Assembly: GCF_006345805.1 (NCBI RefSeq)
Contig: NC_042998.1
Location: 45,632,001 to 45,696,000, forward strand
DNA length: 64,000 bases
From: Octopus sinensis
Lineage: Eukaryota
Direction of reading: 5' to 3'
Shown: piece by piece, positions 62,201-64,000 of the stretch
Numbering within the stretch: position 1 is the first letter of the stretch
Layout: each line of letters opens with the position of its first letter
Made by a program: the position numbers and the translations under genes
The notes under the pieces: model-generated
Seen by the model: only the letters and a program-made list of their open reading frames with translations
Databases searched by the model: none
Told to the model about the DNA's origin: nothing

Positions 62201-63699
62201 ACACACACACACACAAACAGACAGTAAGTAAGTTCAGGAGAGGGGGGAAGTCGATTACATCAACCCCAGTACTCAACTGCTACTTATTTTATCAATCCCA
62301 AAATAGTGAAATGTAAGTCAACCTCAGTGGAATTTGAACTCAGAACATAAAGATAGATGAAATGCCACTAAGCATTTTGCTCAGCATGGTAACGATTTTG
62401 TCAGCTTGCTATTAGAGCTTAAACCTTATTGTATGCATATTGGTTATCAACTAAAAGGGCTGGCAACGGCAAGGGCATACAAAGCATTGCCTTGTAAAGT
62501 CATCCAACTCATGCCAGCTCGGAAAAGTGGATGGAGGATGCTAGTGTTTAAACTAAGGAATTTCTTAAAATTTGATCAGATTGGATTGTGTAAGTCTTTC
62601 AACCTTCCTTTCAACCTATAAATGCAAAAAGCCCTCTCAGATTTGTCATTCTGAGGAATTTCAACCATGTTTCGTGGTCTGCTACCACAACAGTTCCTTT
62701 ATAAGATCTAGTTAGCTCAAGACATCATCAGGAGGAACCACGTCCGGTTTCGGCCCCTACTCCTCTACCGTTTTGACATGCCCCCCCCCCCATCCTTTTG
62801 GAGGTGTCTTCAGCTCTGGTGTTAGGTGCATGTCTTCTTTTTTCTGTTCCCTGGCCTCTTCGATGTAGCATCAACGAATGTCAGCAGGCGACTGACTGTC
62901 TTGTCAAATTTCCCTTCTTTTCTTGGTCTATGGCTTACAAGAAAAAATATCACCTCATATAAGAGGTAGTGGAATTGAAATCAGGATATTGTGATTAAGC
63001 AAATGTCTTAACTACTCAGTTATACTTGTGTTACTAAAGATGATGATAATATATAAACTGTCTTAATTTACTTATTTCAATATCATGTACCAATACATGG
63101 AATAAAGTAAGTGTAGTTGTTATCTGTATTTATGTGGTTAAAAAAAAAAATCAATATTCACGATTGATTATAACAATCTGGTATATAATAAAAAATAACT
63201 ACATAACAATACAACAACTCAACAACAATAATATTAATTGTTTCAACTTTAATAATAATTGTTTCTAAAATAAGCACATGGCCTCAAATTTGGTAGCAGG
63301 GGTTAAATCAGTGGTTCTCAACCATTTCAGACCTATAGACCGTCATAATAATTTGGACCCCCATAATAATTTGATGTTTAAAAAATCTTATATTTTTTTA
63401 ATATAATTAGGAATTGTATGAAAATAATTGTTAAAATATTTTGTATATTGTAAAAGTATAACCAATTTATTGCACATAAATTTTAATGACAAAATCTTAT
63501 ATGAACCCTGGTTGAGAACTACTGGAATAGATGATTATTTGAAACTCAGACTTATTTTATAAAGATATTTTATCATTAATTGATCCTTTATATATTATAT
63601 TTTTGACATATTGATGCTTTTCCAGGGTCTCAAAAAGCTTGGTCTTTCTATTGAGTCATCTTATCTAAGTATACAAAAACTGGTAGTCCGTCTTCAAAA
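50117..63699 (+). CDS. ANAPC4: Anaphase-promoting complex subunit 4, first 11 coding exons (351 codons, 3'-partial)
   Basis: join(50117-50230, 50374-50473, 51314-51521, 52782-52826, 54001-54109, 58529-58636, 59273-59356, 60170-60265, 61262-61335, 61455-61497, 63626-63699). All introns are GT-AG and phases are consistent. Diagnostic APC4 motifs: WSPKMDLIALAN, VVLHRL, AWRPDG, EAWEDILMEMD, GLKKLGLSIESSY. Confidence 0.97.
50374..50473 (+). CDS. ANAPC4: ANAPC4 coding exon 2 (VVLHRLSWQKVW...AWRPDGR)
   Basis: gtAG...GTAAGT, 100 nt, phase 0/1. Confidence 0.95.
51314..51521 (+). CDS. ANAPC4: ANAPC4 coding exon 3 (ILAVGY...LPKLEPLNK)
   Basis: tacAG...GTAAG, 208 nt, phase 1/2. Confidence 0.95.
52782..52826 (+). 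CDS. ANAPC4: ANAPC4 coding exon 4 (EESVEDAKKVKNQK)
   Basis: ttgcAG...GTAAGT, 45 nt, phase 2/2. Confidence 0.85.
53581..53770 (-). mobile_element. Penelope-type fragment within (TA)n microsatellite
   Basis: Contains the hammerhead motif at 53663-53697 and abuts TA/CA arrays at 53503-53580. Confidence 0.55.
53663..53697 (-). ncRNA. Minimal type I hammerhead ribozyme motif (third family)
   Basis: Minus strand reads GUUU-CUGACGA-A-GAGC(UCC)GCUC-GAAA-UG-UU-AAAC. Stem I GUUU/AAAC, 4-bp stem II, palindromic-type stem III (ACGU with an inferred CpG decay to AUGU). Confidence 0.6.
54001..54109 (+). CDS. ANAPC4: ANAPC4 coding exon 5 (LNLLVVGS...YLFAYGIF...QDK)
   Basis: tttcAG...GTATT, 109 nt, phase 2/0. 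Confidence 0.93.
54829..56408. mobile_element. Tc1/mariner (pogo/Tigger-like) MITE of about 495 bp, hosting a piggyBac
   Basis: TA TSD. Inverted ends TACCATAAATCCTCGAGTATAATCCGCA (54827-54854) and TGCGTATTATACTCAAGGATTTATGGTA (56383-56410) match at 26/28. Confidence 0.85.
55012..56092 (+). mobile_element. Internally deleted piggyBac element with an N-terminal transposase remnant
   Basis: TTAA TSDs (55008-55011, 56093-56096). Perfect 12-bp TIR CCCTTTCGTTAC. ORF 55282-55797 has an acidic N-terminus and LDYFYLLF...ITAETNRYA...W.PTTLNEIKAYFAI.I.MGI..LP, the start of the piggyBac transposase core. The DDD catalytic region is absent. Confidence 0.92.
57200..57790 (-). mobile_element. Possible very old CR1-like LINE remnant (endonuclease-RT linker)
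   Basis: Weak motif resemblance only (DQLTDF..T, FW.L) with many stops. Confidence 0.3.
58529..58636 (+). CDS. ANAPC4: ANAPC4 coding exon 6 (RSRVNSAMISQDL...YYLAS)
   Basis: ttacAG...GTAAGT, 108 nt, phase 0/0. Confidence 0.9.
59273..59356 (+). CDS. ANAPC4: ANAPC4 coding exon 7 (MDTTLLASRHQEL...SLLE)
   Basis: tttcAG...GTAAGT, 84 nt, phase 0/0. Confidence 0.92.
59520..59830 (+). repeat. Degenerate tandem repeats (about 60-70 bp) in the body of a family C SINE
   Basis: Recurrent GGCTCCTGTGC.GGT.GCAC.TAAAA.CAC...TTGAGC.TG..CGTTGCCAG blocks. Confidence 0.6.
60170..60265 (+). CDS. ANAPC4: ANAPC4 coding exon 8 (YLNSTIQQMTEAWEDILMEMD...EEKK)
   Basis: ttccAG...GTTAG, 96 nt, phase 0/0. Confidence 0.93.
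61262..61335 (+). CDS. ANAPC4: ANAPC4 coding exon 9 (QCGSSRPAVSVSTDLLEMLLMGRA)
   Basis: ttacAG...GTAAA, 74 nt, phase 0/2. Confidence 0.87.
61455..61497 (+). CDS. ANAPC4: ANAPC4 coding exon 10 (STELRLFLLHELTEK)
   Basis: ttgcAG...GTAAA, 43 nt, phase 2/0. Confidence 0.9.
61535..61818 (-). mobile_element. tRNA-derived SINE (family D), second copy
   Basis: Reverse complement of 2281-2550, with 9-bp TSD GATCTATTG (61526-61534 / 61819-61827). Confidence 0.85.
63309..63524. mobile_element. hAT/Charlie-type MITE
   Basis: TIRs CAGTGGTTCTCAACC / GGTTGAGAACTACTG. The 8-bp TSD is degenerate (5/8). Confidence 0.75.
63626..63699 (+). CDS. ANAPC4: ANAPC4 coding exon 11 (GLKKLGLSIESSYLSIQKLVVRLQ)
   Basis: ttccAG...GTAAGT, 74 nt, phase 0/2. 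The gene continues beyond the window. Confidence 0.94.
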
Positions 63700-64000
63700 G
63701 TAAGTTCTTTTTGGATTATTAATTCTGATATATTTACTGTTGCTTGTTTTTATCTGTTTTCATTTTATTAAGCAGTACATCTTTTATTTTTTTCTTCTCC
63801 TTTCATGCTCTTGCAAATTTACTTACCCATTCACCCTGTCCAATCCACTCTATCACTTTCCTTATATTCACTTTCCTGTCTCTTGAGGGTATGCCTTGGC
63901 ATATCTTCATAATTTTCTCTCTTTTCCAACTACATTAGCTAAAGCAAGACACTTGAAGATGTTCCTTTATCATACTTTAGCCTCCCTTCATCTGGCATAC

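Noticed and set aside
62660-62740. Minus-strand CTGATGA...CGAAACATG in a possibly Penelope-like remnant
   Set aside because: The insert is long with an ambiguous stem II and no convincing stem I, so it is too degenerate to count as a hammerhead.

Overview
This is AT-rich, repeat-dense eukaryotic DNA, inferred from its SINE, MITE and microsatellite style and its protein sequences to be a coleoid cephalopod, most likely Octopus. All exon models and coordinates were worked out by hand, and family assignments rest on remembered motifs, not database searches. Genes: (1) probable last two coding exons of an unidentified + strand gene (1238-3085); (2) an 11-coding-exon ARHGAP19-like RhoGAP on the - strand (16353-36845, 554 aa, all splice phases consistent); (3) the first 11 coding exons of ANAPC4/APC4 on the + strand (50117-63699, running off the window). 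ARHGAP19 and ANAPC4 are head-to-head and appear to share a compact bidirectional promoter of about 260 bp near 45.3-45.55 kb. The rest is layered mobile DNA: several tRNA-derived SINE families, RTE and CR1 LINE fragments, TTAA piggyBac-type MITEs plus a deleted piggyBac with a transposase remnant, hAT, Tc1/pogo- and Mutator-like MITEs, and three non-autonomous Helitrons. The most notable hidden signal is a set of minimal type I hammerhead-ribozyme motifs of the Penelope type: three sequence families, seven copies. Six copies sit in inverted, palindromic insertions with target-site duplications, and one family is fused to a tRNA-derived head. Also notable are an RTE LINE with a PHD finger inside its RT region and a three-level RTE > pogo-MITE > piggyBac nest.
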